Notes under the pieces: model-generated
What the model saw: the letters and a program-made list of their open reading frames with translations, nothing else
Databases searched by the model: none
What the model was told of the DNA's origin: nothing
Shown: piece after piece, positions 49,399 to 59,520 of the stretch
Position numbering within the stretch: the first letter of the stretch is position 1
How the letters are laid out: the number at the start of each line of letters is the position of its first letter
Position numbers and translations under genes: made by a program
Source of the DNA: Anaerolineae bacterium
Lineage (GTDB): Bacteria; Chloroflexota; Anaerolineae; UBA1429
Reading direction: 5' to 3'
Assembly (NCBI GenBank): GCA_963675785.1
Contig: OY776562.1
Coordinates: 3,136,001-3,200,000 of the forward strand
Length of the DNA: 64,000 nt

Positions 49399-51459
49399 TT
49401 AGCGAAGCACCTCGCGGATTCCGGCGATGATCGCATCAACATTCGGAATGGCTGCATCTTCCAGCGTTTCCGCCATGGGGACGGGGACGTCATGGGCAGC
49501 TACGCGAACAACCGGGGCATCCAGATAATCAAAAGCTGTCTCATTTATAACAGTAATGAGCTCACTTAGGAAACTTCCGGTTTTATAGGCTTCAGTAACA
49601 CCCACTACATGGCCGGTCTTTTCGACAGACTTGACGATGGTTTCGACATCCAGCGGTTTGAGCGTGCGCAGGTCGATGACTTCGACGCTGATGCCCTCTT
49701 CGGCCAGCTTTTCAGCGGCTTCCAGGGCACGCAGTACCATGCGCGAGTAGGTGATGACAGTCACATCCGAACCTTCGCGCTTGACGTCGGCAACGCCCAA
49801 AGGAATGACGTAATCTTCGGCGGGTACGGGGCCCTGCGTGCCATAAAGCATCTTGTGCTCGATGAACATGACGGGGTTGTCATCGCGAATAGCTGCTTTG
49901 AGCAAACCCTTGGCGTCATACGGCGTAGAAGGCATGACCACATAGATGCCGGGGAAATGCGTCCATAGGGCTTCTAGACTCTGGCTGTGGTGGGCGGCGA
50001 TGCTTCGTCCGGCGCCGCCCTCACTGCGGATCACCATGGGCACGCGAGTCTTACCACCAAACATATAACGGTTCTTGGCACCCTGGTTGGCAATCTGGTC
50101 CATGGCCAACGGTGTAAAGTCCACATACATGATCTCGGCGATGGGGCGCATGCCGGTCATGGCTGCACCAACGGCGGCACCACCGATGAGCGCTTCGGAA
50201 ATGGGCGTATCGATGACGCGGTCGCCGCCAAACTCTTTGAATAGATCTCGAGTGGCGCCATAAGCACCACCGTAGAGGCCCACATCTTCGCCCATGATGA
50301 AAACCTTGGGATCGCGTAGCATCTCTTCACGCATGGCGTCGCGCAGAGCTTGCCAGTAGGGAATGCGCGGAATACTCTCGTCAGTGCGGACGCGTTCGCG
50401 CAAGCGAGCTTCGGCTGCGATCTCGGAAGGCGTGGGCGCCTTGAGCACGTACACGTCGTTATCGACTTCGGCAGGATCGGGCATGGGCGAAGCCAGAGCA
50501 AACTCAGTAGCCTTTTTCACGGCCTCTTCAGCATGTTCTTCGACGGTTTCGAGTTCTTTAGGTGTGGCGATGCCGGCTTCTTCCAGCTTGGCTGCAAAGG
50601 TCTTGAGTGGGTCACGATCGTGCCAGGCCTGCTCTTCTTCCTTGGTGCGGTACTTGCGGGGATCGGAACGGGAATGGCCGTACCAACGGTAGGTCTTGGC
50701 TTCGATGAGCGTGGGGCCGTTACCTTGGCGGGCATTTTCAACAGCTGCCGAAGCGGCTTCGAAAACGGCGATGGGGTCCATACCATCTACAACAGCCGAA
50801 GGCATGTCGTAAGCTGAAGCGCGCGCAGCAATATCGGTCTGCGAGCTGATATTCTGGAAAGGCACAGACATGCCGTAGAGGTTGTTCTCGACTATGTACA
50901 CCACCGGGAGCTTCCAGGCGGAGGCCATGTTCAGCGACTCGTGAAAGTTGCCGGTATTGCTGGCGCCGTCACCAAAGAAGCAAACCACGACGCGATCCTC
51001 GTGTTGAAGCTTCATAGAGAGCGCTGCGCCTGTGGCTACAGGGATGTTGCCGCCGACGATACCGGTGGCGCCAAGGTTGCCCTTTTCTACGTTGGCAATG
51101 TGCATCGAACCGCCGCGGCCTTTGCAATAGCCAGTGGCGCGCCCACAGAGCTCGGCCATCATCTTGTCGAGATGTTCCTGATGCTCTTCAGGCGTTAGGC
51201 AGAGGATATCGCCACGAGCGTGGCAGTGACCGTGACCACGGTGGGTGCTGGTGATGAGGTCATCGTCGCGTAGGGCTTGAACTGCACCTACCGCTACGGC
51301 TTCTTCGCCAGCGTAGAGGTGCGAGGCACCTTTGATGATGTTCTGCCCGAGCAAATCATAGACGGTATCCTCAAAGAAGCGGATTTCCCACATGCGTCTG
51401 AGGATATTGAGCAGTTCTTGCTTGTTCAGTTCTCTGGGAAAGGCATTTGTTTCAGACAT
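49399..51459 (-). CDS. Fused E1 alpha/beta ThDP-dependent dehydrogenase (acetoin dehydrogenase AcoAB-like)
   Basis: THRGHGH, GRGGSMH, GDGASNTG.FHESLN; beta part MGEDVG, DTPISE, HHSQSLE. Confidence 0.9.
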   Translation of the reverse strand: MSETNAFPRELNKQELLNILRRMWEIRFFEDTVYDLLGQNIIKGASHLYAGEEAVAVGAVQALRDDDLITSTHRGHGHCHARGDILCLTPEEHQEHLDKMMAELCGRATGYCKGRGGSMHIANVEKGNLGATGIVGGNIPVATGAALSMKLQHEDRVVVCFFGDGASNTGNFHESLNMASAWKLPVVYIVENNLYGMSVPFQNISSQTDIAARASAYDMPSAVVDGMDPIAVFEAASAAVENARQGNGPTLIEAKTYRWYGHSRSDPRKYRTKEEEQAWHDRDPLKTFAAKLEEAGIATPKELETVEEHAEEAVKKATEFALASPMPDPAEVDNDVYVLKAPTPSEIAAEARLRERVRTDESIPRIPYWQALRDAMREEMLRDPKVFIMGEDVGLYGGAYGATRDLFKEFGGDRVIDTPISEALIGGAAVGAAMTGMRPIAEIMYVDFTPLAMDQIANQGAKNRYMFGGKTRVPMVIRSEGGAGRSIAAHHSQSLEALWTHFPGIYVVMPSTPYDAKGLLKAAIRDDNPVMFIEHKMLYGTQGPVPAEDYVIPLGVADVKREGSDVTVITYSRMVLRALEAAEKLAEEGISVEVIDLRTLKPLDVETIVKSVEKTGHVVGVTEAYKTGSFLSELITVINETAFDYLDAPVVRVAAHDVPVPMAETLEDAAIPNVDAIIAGIREVLR

Positions 51460-51515
51460 TTCTCCAGCTTTCCTATGTTATAGGGTGAATGAATACGATA
51501 TGTCGAGACGCCACA

Positions 51516-52445
51516 TCAGAGTGGCGTGACAACGACTTGATTGATGACAGCCTCTACGGCTGTGCGTGTGGGCATGGCGCTGCCAGCCCCGAGTGCTGCG
51601 GCTGTACCTGAAGCCACGCCCCAGCGTAAAACCTCTTGAGCAGGTTCGCCGCGCAGCCAACTACAAAAGGCTCCCGTTAGCAGACAATCCCCTGCTCCGA
51701 CGGCACTGACCTCTTGGATATGCGGCGCATGGCCAAACCAGGTACCCTGTTTGGTGATGATGGCGGCGCCGCGGCTATCCAGCGACATGAGCACCAGTTC
51801 AGGCCCCATGCTGCGAATTTCGCTCAGCGTGCGGTGGATCTCTTTGTCGGTATCCAACGCCGTGTCCACCAGTTCTTTGGCTTCGACAGCATTAGGCTTG
51901 GCCCAATTGGGGCGGGCGCGACATCCCACAGCTAGCGGCTCACCGCTGGTATCGAGCACAGCAATGGCGTCGCGCGCACGAATGCCTTTGATGAGTTGAG
52001 CATAGGTTTCCGATGGCGCCCCCGGCGGCAAACTGCCCGACAAAAAGCAGATGTCGTTCGGCTGCAAACGTGCCCAGAGTTGTTCTTCCAGAGCGCGCAG
52101 GTCGTCTTTCGTTACAGTAGGGCCGGGTTCGTTGAGCTTGGTCGTTTGATTGCGTGAGGCGTCGATGACAGTAACGTTGGAACGAGTTTCGCCGCTCACG
52201 TGCACAAAGGCGCATTCGAAACCCTCTTCACCCAACCCGGTTTCCAGGATTTTGCCGAAACGTCCCGCGGCAAAGCCCATGATCACGGATTCGTGGCCCC
52301 ATTCTCGCAGAGCCATGGATACGTTGACCCCCTTGCCAGAAAGGTCCAAGCGGGATTCGTAAGCGCGATTGAGTTCGCCGACGACTAGCTCTTCAAAGAC
52401 CAGTGTGCGGTCCAGGGTGGGATTCAGTGTCAGTGTATAGATCAT
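51516..52445 (-). CDS. PfkB-family sugar kinase (1-phosphofructokinase/tagatose-6-P kinase-like)
   Basis: TLTLNP.LD, GKGVNVS, SGSLPPG, KPN..E, VGAGD. Confidence 0.92.
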   Translation of the reverse strand: MIYTLTLNPTLDRTLVFEELVVGELNRAYESRLDLSGKGVNVSMALREWGHESVIMGFAAGRFGKILETGLGEEGFECAFVHVSGETRSNVTVIDASRNQTTKLNEPGPTVTKDDLRALEEQLWARLQPNDICFLSGSLPPGAPSETYAQLIKGIRARDAIAVLDTSGEPLAVGCRARPNWAKPNAVEAKELVDTALDTDKEIHRTLSEIRSMGPELVLMSLDSRGAAIITKQGTWFGHAPHIQEVSAVGAGDCLLTGAFCSWLRGEPAQEVLRWGVASGTAAALGAGSAMPTRTAVEAVINQVVVTPL

Positions 52446-53623
52446 GGCGTGAGGCCCTTGATCTCTGCATAGGCGTTGAGTACGGCTTGGCCCAGCGGTT
52501 CGCCGGGGTCGATTTCGCAAACTTCTGATAGAACTGCCGCCACACCTCTTTGAGCAATCTCTGCCTGCATTTCTAGTGCAAGAGTGTCTTCCGGTGCATC
52601 AAAGGCCAGCGCCGCGGCAATAGCCTTGGCTAGGTTGAGGGGCAGGATGCCGGCCTGTTCGGCTAACCGCGCGGCCCCCACCAGACGGTCATGGGGCGCC
52701 AGCTTGCGCAAGGGGTCACGAGCCAGACGAATGATAGGATCAGCCAGGGCATAGTTGGCAAAGCGTTCCATCAGATCGGCGGCATAGTTTTTCAGCCAAT
52801 TCGAGTCAGAGCCGTATACGGCGGCCAACCCTTGAATGGCTTCATGCATAACGCTGTTCAGCGTCTGGCGGATATCTGCGTCGACCAGTGCCTCGGTGCA
52901 CAGGGTATACCCCTTTTGGTAGCCGAGATAGCCCAATACCGCATGGCCGGCGTTGTGCATATAGAGCTTGCGTGGCGTATACACATCGAAATCATCGATG
53001 GCCTTGATGCAACTATCCTCGGGTAACGGTCCCAGGAACGTCTTGGCGTTGATGGGGAACTCGTTATAGGGTTCAGTGACCAGGACGGTGCGATCTTGTG
53101 CGATCAACTCTGCCGGAGGTTCGGGCACCATAATACCCACCACTGTCTCTACAAAGCTGACCCTGTCCTGCATATAACCCAAGGCAAAAGGCTCCAGATT
53201 AGCAACGACCAGATCGCGCAAAACAGTTGGCGCGCCATAAAGGTTCTCGCAAAGAACGATGTTCAGCGATGCTTGTACTTGGCGTGCCGCTCTGAGTTCA
53301 ATGCCTCTGGCAATGACGGGGGCGATATCTGACAAGGCGCGTGCCCCAACCGAAGTAGCTCCCAGTATCGAATGAGCGATCAACTCTGCCGTACGCTCTA
53401 TATCGGTGCTAGATAGGCAGGTAACAGGCGAGACCAACACATCCTCGCGGGATGTGTTGGTCACTAATCTGACTGTGTGTTGCCCGCGGTCATTCAGAGC
53501 GCTGACAAGGTCGGGAAGGATATCGATATAGTCGATGCGATAGCCGTAACGGCTGAAAAGCCGCCCGGTATAGGCTCGTCCGATCTTGCCTGCGCCAATG
53601 ACAAAGAGGCTCTTGGCCACCAT
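52442..53623 (-). CDS. Mannitol-1-phosphate 5-dehydrogenase-like long-chain dehydrogenase
   Basis: GAGKIGR, IVLCEN, RKLY.HNAGHA, RLARDPLRKL...DRL. Confidence 0.85.
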   Translation of the reverse strand: MVAKSLFVIGAGKIGRAYTGRLFSRYGYRIDYIDILPDLVSALNDRGQHTVRLVTNTSREDVLVSPVTCLSSTDIERTAELIAHSILGATSVGARALSDIAPVIARGIELRAARQVQASLNIVLCENLYGAPTVLRDLVVANLEPFALGYMQDRVSFVETVVGIMVPEPPAELIAQDRTVLVTEPYNEFPINAKTFLGPLPEDSCIKAIDDFDVYTPRKLYMHNAGHAVLGYLGYQKGYTLCTEALVDADIRQTLNSVMHEAIQGLAAVYGSDSNWLKNYAADLMERFANYALADPIIRLARDPLRKLAPHDRLVGAARLAEQAGILPLNLAKAIAAALAFDAPEDTLALEMQAEIAQRGVAAVLSEVCEIDPGEPLGQAVLNAYAEIKGLTP

Positions 53624-53626
53624 GGC

Positions 53627-54427
53627 CTAGCGCATCTCCTGGCCGCCGGTCACATTGATGGCCTGGCCGGTCATGTAGGAGGACTCGTCGGACGCCAAGA
53701 AGATCATCACATTGGCCACATCGTCGTACTGGCAACCCCGTTTCATGGGCACCTGGTCGATGTACTTTTGGCGAACTTCTTCTTCGGTGATGCCCCACTT
53801 GGCGGCATACTGCTTGTAAAGGCTGTTCACCCACAAGGGCGAATCCAACAAGTTGCCCGGGCAAATGGAATTCACACGAATGTTGTTTTCGGCCAGTTCC
53901 AGGGCCAGGCTTTGGGTGAGGCCGATACCGCCAAACTTGGAGGCCGCATAGGCCGAACTTTTGTAGCTGCCCTTTTTACCCGACTTGCTGTTGATTTGGA
54001 TGATGACGCCACCGCTGCTCTGCTGCTTCATGATATGAGCGGCAGCCCGCGAGACCATATAGTAGCCAATAAGGTTGACTTCGATGACCAACTTCCAGCG
54101 GGCGGCAGGCAGCTCGTCAATTTCACCAGCGAAAAGCACGCCTGCATTGGAAACAACGATATCGAGCTTGCCAAAGGTGTCGACAGCATGTTGCATCAGG
54201 GCCTGCGTATCTTGTTCACTGGTCACATCACAATGGACGGCCATGGTGCCCACACCGTAGGTCTCGGCAATCTCTTGAGCGACCTTTTCAGCTGCTTCGT
54301 CGGCGATATCGGCGACCACGACGTTAGCGCCCTCTTTGCCCAGCCGGTGGGCCAAAGCCTCTCCCAGGCCCTGGCTGGCGCCGGTGATGACGGCCGTTTT
54401 GCCGGCCAATCGACCACAGTCACTCAT
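53627..54427 (-). CDS. srlD: Sorbitol-6-phosphate dehydrogenase-like SDR
   Basis: TGASQGLG, IQINSKSGKKGS, YAASKFGG.GLTQSLALEL, GNLLDSPLW, TGQAINVTGGQ. Confidence 0.85.
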   Translation of the reverse strand: MSDCGRLAGKTAVITGASQGLGEALAHRLGKEGANVVVADIADEAAEKVAQEIAETYGVGTMAVHCDVTSEQDTQALMQHAVDTFGKLDIVVSNAGVLFAGEIDELPAARWKLVIEVNLIGYYMVSRAAAHIMKQQSSGGVIIQINSKSGKKGSYKSSAYAASKFGGIGLTQSLALELAENNIRVNSICPGNLLDSPLWVNSLYKQYAAKWGITEEEVRQKYIDQVPMKRGCQYDDVANVMIFLASDESSYMTGQAINVTGGQEMR

Positions 54428-56178
54428 GGCAACATCTCCTTGAGGAATTCTTCTTCAGCCTCGATCGTCCAGCTTTCCTGTGGGCCGAGTTTTTCATAAA
54501 CCTTGGGTAGCAAAGTCTTGAGATCCTCTAGACGCGTGACGGACAGGTCGCGAATCTGCGGATAGATGACGACTTTGCCGGGGTAGCTCTGATGCATGAC
54601 GCCTTCGATGCCCTCTTTGACGCCGATGAGACCCGAGACGGCGGCGACGGACATATTGGGGTCTAGCTCGCCGCTTTCGGCAGCGTTCAGCATTTTGCGC
54701 AGATCAGTGATGGATGAGCCGCTGGTGCCGGTGAACTGAATGCCCTTGTCGGTGACGGCCGAAAGAGCGATATTAGCCTTGGTGCCACGAGCCAGGCCAG
54801 CAAAGATGTTGATCATGGCGTTCTGGCCGGCCATGGGCATGGCGCCCTCGACGACGCGCGGGCTGGGGGCTAGCACCACGAGGTCATCAAAGCCGGTGCC
54901 GTCGGTCATATCCACCAGACTCTCGTTGAATGCAGCCGAGGATTGTCCCTCACTGGGAACGCGCAGTTCAACGCGACCACTGCTCTTGGCGATGATGTGG
55001 GCATACTTTTCCTGAATGACATCCAGGCGCTCTTTGACCAGGTCAGTAGCCACGATGAGCGCGGGTCCTGGCTCTTTTTGCACGGCGCGTTGCACGTGCA
55101 TCTGGCCCATGGGGCCTGCTGCACCGATGAATACAGCTTTGCCGCCTGGCTTGAGGTTGGTGCGAATGGGGCGGTAGCCATCGGCGATGACGTTGCTGTT
55201 GGTGCCCACAATGGCCAAGTTGTCATAATGCAGGCGTCCCACATCCACCGGAGCGGGAGCATCCAATTTGGAACCGCCAACCAGGTTGATCATGCCGCCC
55301 TTTGCGGCATAGACTTCCATGGTTTCATACAGAGCTGGGTCAACGCCCAATAGGACAATGTCGTCATAGGATTGAGCGTCGATACCCGCCAGCGCTTTTT
55401 CCGAAGCAGCACCTTTTTCAACGAGCTCAATGCTATCGGCTGCGGCCAGGGCGCGTAACTCGTCCAGCAGGGCACCGGAGAGACCAAAGGTCGTGATTGA
55501 AGCAGGCGCGCGCCCAGCGATATAAGGCTTGCCCAGTTTAGTGCAGCAAAAGGCAGCAGCCGGGCCCGCCACAATGGCTACCTTGCCGTCGAGCTTCCAG
55601 CTGGAGCGATAACTGACGTCGTAGGAGGCAGTGACGCAGGCCCAGGGCTCGGTCAGAGCGGCTTGAGCATAGCCGGTGGTCTCTTTGACAGGCAACAAGT
55701 AGCAGCCCTCGTCGCCATCCAACACGGGCGCGCCGACGATGTTGTACTGAGAAAGGCCGCCTTGCAATACATAGCCGTAGGCCAGCCCCACGCCCTTGTA
55801 GTACACATCAGCTTGGACGATGTAGCGCTGGCCGGGTTTGAACTCGGGGCGATTCTTGCCTGCTTTGATGACGGTAAGAATGACCTCATGGCCCAATACC
55901 ACGGGCTGATTTTTCATATCGCGGCCGCCCAATCGGGGATGATCTGGGCCAGCCTTGATGACCTTGGTATCAGAAAAGCACAGGCCGCAGGCATCATGAC
56001 GCACCAAAAGTTCATCATCGTTGGGTTCGGGCAGATCCACTTCGATGGGATTGCCCTCCTGGCCCAGGTTCTCTATGCCCGCGCCGTACAGGGGCCACAA
56101 CCAATACTTTTCTGGTAGCGGATCTTCTGCCTGGCGATAGCGCCGTAGCTTGGGATCAGTATAGAGTTTGTCTGTCAT
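54424..56178 (-). CDS. L-sorbose-1-phosphate-reductase-like MDR dehydrogenase with duplicated Rossmann domain
   Basis: GLCFSD.K, LGHE, GY...GGLSQY, LTEPWACV, GAAGPMG; 584 aa. Confidence 0.75.
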   Translation of the reverse strand: MTDKLYTDPKLRRYRQAEDPLPEKYWLWPLYGAGIENLGQEGNPIEVDLPEPNDDELLVRHDACGLCFSDTKVIKAGPDHPRLGGRDMKNQPVVLGHEVILTVIKAGKNRPEFKPGQRYIVQADVYYKGVGLAYGYVLQGGLSQYNIVGAPVLDGDEGCYLLPVKETTGYAQAALTEPWACVTASYDVSYRSSWKLDGKVAIVAGPAAAFCCTKLGKPYIAGRAPASITTFGLSGALLDELRALAAADSIELVEKGAASEKALAGIDAQSYDDIVLLGVDPALYETMEVYAAKGGMINLVGGSKLDAPAPVDVGRLHYDNLAIVGTNSNVIADGYRPIRTNLKPGGKAVFIGAAGPMGQMHVQRAVQKEPGPALIVATDLVKERLDVIQEKYAHIIAKSSGRVELRVPSEGQSSAAFNESLVDMTDGTGFDDLVVLAPSPRVVEGAMPMAGQNAMINIFAGLARGTKANIALSAVTDKGIQFTGTSGSSITDLRKMLNAAESGELDPNMSVAAVSGLIGVKEGIEGVMHQSYPGKVVIYPQIRDLSVTRLEDLKTLLPKVYEKLGPQESWTIEAEEEFLKEMLP

Positions 56179-56210
56179 TTTTCACTCTCCCTAAAGGAGG
56201 TACTTTTTCA

Positions 56211-56984
56211 CTAATCGATCTTGAGCTGTTGTCGGCGATAGAGTTCATCGGGGCGTGTGTGAATTCGCTCGACATCAGCCTCCGAAAGGAATCGAGGCCC
56301 ACCAAAGGCAAAGGTGCCAGCCAGAATACGGCAGGTCTTGACGTACATGGCCGAGATATTCTCGACCTCTGTCGGCGATTTTCCCAGGGCGATCATGCCG
56401 TGGTTCTGCATGACCAGCACTTTGGGGGTCTGATTCCACTTTTCGATATATTCGGCAAATACCTTGCGCACGGCGCGTGCCAGGGGCAAGCCAGGGTCGG
56501 TATAGGGCACGTAAGCCGGTTCAGGGCCGCAGACCACGATGGAATCGGGGAACATCTGCCCCTTGACCAGGCTTTCTACATCTTGTGAACAGGAAAGCGC
56601 GTTGACGGCAGTGGGGTGGGTATGCCCCACAAAGGTAGCGTCAGTTTCGGCAAGTGCCAGAGCATGTAGAACCGTTTCTACCGAGGGGCGCCTGCTCTCG
56701 TTGGGATCGACGCAGGCCGACTTGAGGGCTGCCTTGAGTTCCTCATCCGAGAGATTACCCTCATCAGCTAGTTTGCAGACTGGTTCGAGGTTGACGCGGA
56801 CGAATCCAGCGGCGTCGATGGTGCCCAACTGTGTGCCGCTAGCCTTGACCCAAAAGGTGCCGTCGTCGCAGATGGCGGAGGTATTACCCTCCCCCAGGAT
56901 GGCCAGATCGCGTTGGGTCTCACCCAGGGCGCGCGACATGGCAACTAGCTTTTCCAGAACGATTTCGCTGTTGCTCATCATCAC
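56211..56984 (-). CDS. Class II aldolase/adducin family protein
   Basis: GEGNTS, VKASG..L, RPSVET.LH, GHTHP, MQNHG. Confidence 0.9.
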   Translation of the reverse strand: MMMSNSEIVLEKLVAMSRALGETQRDLAILGEGNTSAICDDGTFWVKASGTQLGTIDAAGFVRVNLEPVCKLADEGNLSDEELKAALKSACVDPNESRRPSVETVLHALALAETDATFVGHTHPTAVNALSCSQDVESLVKGQMFPDSIVVCGPEPAYVPYTDPGLPLARAVRKVFAEYIEKWNQTPKVLVMQNHGMIALGKSPTEVENISAMYVKTCRILAGTFAFGGPRFLSEADVERIHTRPDELYRRQQLKID

Positions 56985-58210
56985 GCTCCGGGGTATCCCG
57001 AGCTGTTCAATCCGGCGGCACGTTCCTGGCAGATCTTTTCGTAATAGCCGCTGGCCCTGTAGGCGGCGATGGGATCGGCGTCAATGCCCATGTCTTCACG
57101 GATTTTGGCCAACAGCGGACGCACGTCGGTGCGGAAGGCGTCGAGGAGGGTTTCTTCGGCCATCACCACGTCTCCACTGAGCTGAGCATCGCGTAGCTTG
57201 TTGCGGTCGATGCAGAGAGCACGAGCATAAGCCACCTGCACGTTGGCGATAGACTGGATCATGGCTTCGAGTTTGGGCTTGATGTTGTGCGACTGATCGA
57301 GCATGTAGGCCACGTTCATTTCGACGCTGTCGTCGAGGTCGCCGCTGACTAGCTCGTTGTAGATGAGGAATAGTTCGTAAGGATTGATCGAGCCCACGGT
57401 GAGGTCATCGTCGGCGAATTTTTTCGAGTTGAAGTGGAAACCACCCAACCGGCCTTCATCAATGAGGTAAGCCACGATCTGCTCGATGTTGGTGCCCAGC
57501 GGGTGGTGGCCCAGATCGACCAATACCTGGGCCCTGTCGCCCAGTTTGGTGGCCATCAACAGCGAGGTGCCCCAATCGCCAAGATCGGTGTGATAAAAGG
57601 CCGGCTCAAAGAACTTGTATTCGATGAGCAGGCGCATAGGCGCTGGCATAGCGTCGTAAACCTCATGCAGAACGGCTTCCAGGCGACGCTTGCGGTCGCG
57701 CATGTTATCTTGCCCAGGATAGTTGGTGCCATCGGCCAGCCACAGACTGATGATATCTGAACCGACTGTCTTGGCGATGTCGATGCACTCGAACATGTGG
57801 TCTAGCGCCTTGCGACGGATAGTTTCGTCGGCGTTACACAGGCTGCCCAACTTGTACTCGGGCTCCTGGAATAGGTTGGGGTTGATGGCGCCGAGGGTCA
57901 GGCCCAGTGAAGCGGCATACTGTTTGAGGGCGCCCCAATCATCGACGATATCCCAGGGGATATGTAGGGCTACCGAGGGTGTAATGCCGGTGAATTTGTT
58001 GACCTGGGCGGCATCTTCAAGTTTTTCCTGCGCAGTGCGCGCGGCGCCTGCTTGAGCGAATACCTTAAAGCGCGTGCCTGAATCGGCATAGCCCCACGAG
58101 GGTGTCTCGATGCGCTGCGCCTTGAGATTCACTTCGATGGCGGCAACGTCCAATCCTTTGGCCGTGAGCTGATCAGACAACACGCGATAGGCTGGCTGCC
58201 AATTTTTCAT
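56981..58210 (-). CDS. rhaI: L-rhamnose isomerase (RhaI-type)
   Basis: [61 protein letters not shown]. Confidence 0.88.
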   Translation of the reverse strand: MKNWQPAYRVLSDQLTAKGLDVAAIEVNLKAQRIETPSWGYADSGTRFKVFAQAGAARTAQEKLEDAAQVNKFTGITPSVALHIPWDIVDDWGALKQYAASLGLTLGAINPNLFQEPEYKLGSLCNADETIRRKALDHMFECIDIAKTVGSDIISLWLADGTNYPGQDNMRDRKRRLEAVLHEVYDAMPAPMRLLIEYKFFEPAFYHTDLGDWGTSLLMATKLGDRAQVLVDLGHHPLGTNIEQIVAYLIDEGRLGGFHFNSKKFADDDLTVGSINPYELFLIYNELVSGDLDDSVEMNVAYMLDQSHNIKPKLEAMIQSIANVQVAYARALCIDRNKLRDAQLSGDVVMAEETLLDAFRTDVRPLLAKIREDMGIDADPIAAYRASGYYEKICQERAAGLNSSGYPGA

Positions 58211-58240
58211 GTTCAAACCTCCCGGATGTAATGCAATGAA

Positions 58241-59020
58241 TTACGCAAGAACGACACGAACCCCGGCATCTTTGATGCCGGCGATGAATACTGCATCGGC
58301 ATCCGTTGTGGTGAAAACGGTGTCGATATCCTCAATAGGAGCGCAGGTTGCAAAGGCAACTCGCCCCAACTTGCTGGGATCAATGATGACGTTGACGCTG
58401 GGTACGGTGCTGATCAATTTGCGTTTGAGTTCTACCTCCGCACGGTGGGCATCGGTCAGGCCTTCTTCCAGTGTTAGGCCTCGTCCGCCAAAGAACCCCT
58501 TTTGAAAATTGCCTTCATCTAGAATGCGTGAATCCAAACTACCGCTTATCGAGGCGGCTTCATGCCAAACGGTGCCACCGGGCATGAGCACAGTGATACC
58601 GGGTGCATTGATGAGTTCTAGAGCTACATAGAGGCCGGTGGTGAGCACGGTGAGATCATGCAGGCCCAAGAGGTTGCGGGCCATGTGCAGTGCGGTGGTG
58701 CTGGCATCGAGAATGATAGCCTCGCCGTCACGCACAGTAGCCGCCGCAGCGGCGCCAATAGCGCGTTTGTCCTCGATATTCTCACGCTGACGCACAGCAA
58801 AGGAGAGGGAGCCTTGGTCTTTGGGCATAGGCAACACGCCGCCGTGAGTGCGCAGAAGTAGGCCAGCCCTTTGCAAAAGGTTGAGGTCTGAGCGAATGGT
58901 TACTGCTGAGACAGTCATTTCTTCAGCCAAGTCGGCAACGCCAGCATATCCCTCACTTTGTACCTGCTGAAGGATGTACTCAAAGCGTTCTTGCTGAGTT
59001 AGGCGCCGATCACTCGTCAT
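58241..59020 (-). CDS. DeoR/GlpR-family transcriptional regulator
   Basis: VS.VTIRSDL..L, RTHGG, ILDASTT, D.SKLG. Confidence 0.95.
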   Translation of the reverse strand: MTSDRRLTQQERFEYILQQVQSEGYAGVADLAEEMTVSAVTIRSDLNLLQRAGLLLRTHGGVLPMPKDQGSLSFAVRQRENIEDKRAIGAAAAATVRDGEAIILDASTTALHMARNLLGLHDLTVLTTGLYVALELINAPGITVLMPGGTVWHEAASISGSLDSRILDEGNFQKGFFGGRGLTLEEGLTDAHRAEVELKRKLISTVPSVNVIIDPSKLGRVAFATCAPIEDIDTVFTTTDADAVFIAGIKDAGVRVVLA

Positions 59021-59030
59021 GAAGGTTACG

Positions 59031-59097
59031 TTTACTTTCGAATGGCTTCTTTTATTTTCACTGAGGCCATATTAGCATTTCTTATCGCAGGCGTCAA
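59031..59097 (-). promoter_or_regulatory. Promoter and candidate DeoR operator
   Basis: Minus strand TTGACG-N17-TAATAT (59069-59097); direct repeat TTTACTTTCG / TTTATTTTCA at 59031 and 59051. Confidence 0.6.
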
Positions 59098-59187
59098 TTG
59101 GCAGTAAGACTCATATTCCTCACCTCGTCCTTTGAACATATCATACTGAAAAGATACAAGCATTGTACAAAGATGAGGAAAGCCATC

Positions 59188-59484
59188 ATGCGCAAAATAA
59201 CATTCAACTTTTGGCTCGATCTGATGATTGCGCTGGCCTTTGTCATTGAGACCATATCGGGTGTCTTTTTGCTGGCTTTTACTAAAAGCTGGATTCCCAC
59301 GCAATGGGGCCTGGTGCGTTGGATCTATGCCGTCGGCCGCCTGACCTGGACGCGTTGGCATGATTGGGCAGCCTTGGTATTGGTTATCGGGGTGATACTG
59401 CACATTATCCTGCACTGGCGTTGGGTTGTTTCGATGGCCAAGCGTCTCTGGCAAGAAGCTTTTCATTCGAACGAATCAGCCTAA
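59188..59484 (+). CDS. DUF4405-like small membrane protein (His-containing, cytochrome b-like)
   Basis: NFWLD, ISG.FL, WTRWHDW, LHIILHWRW. Confidence 0.8.
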   Translation: MRKITFNFWLDLMIALAFVIETISGVFLLAFTKSWIPTQWGLVRWIYAVGRLTWTRWHDWAALVLVIGVILHIILHWRWVVSMAKRLWQEAFHSNESA

Positions 59485-59485
59485 G

Positions 59486-59520
59486 AAAAAAGGGCCCGCA
59501 CTAGGCGGGCCCTCTTCTTT
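59486..59520. terminator. Bidirectional terminator
   Basis: AAAAAAGGGCCCGC-ACTAG-GCGGGCCCTCTTCTTT. Confidence 0.8.
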
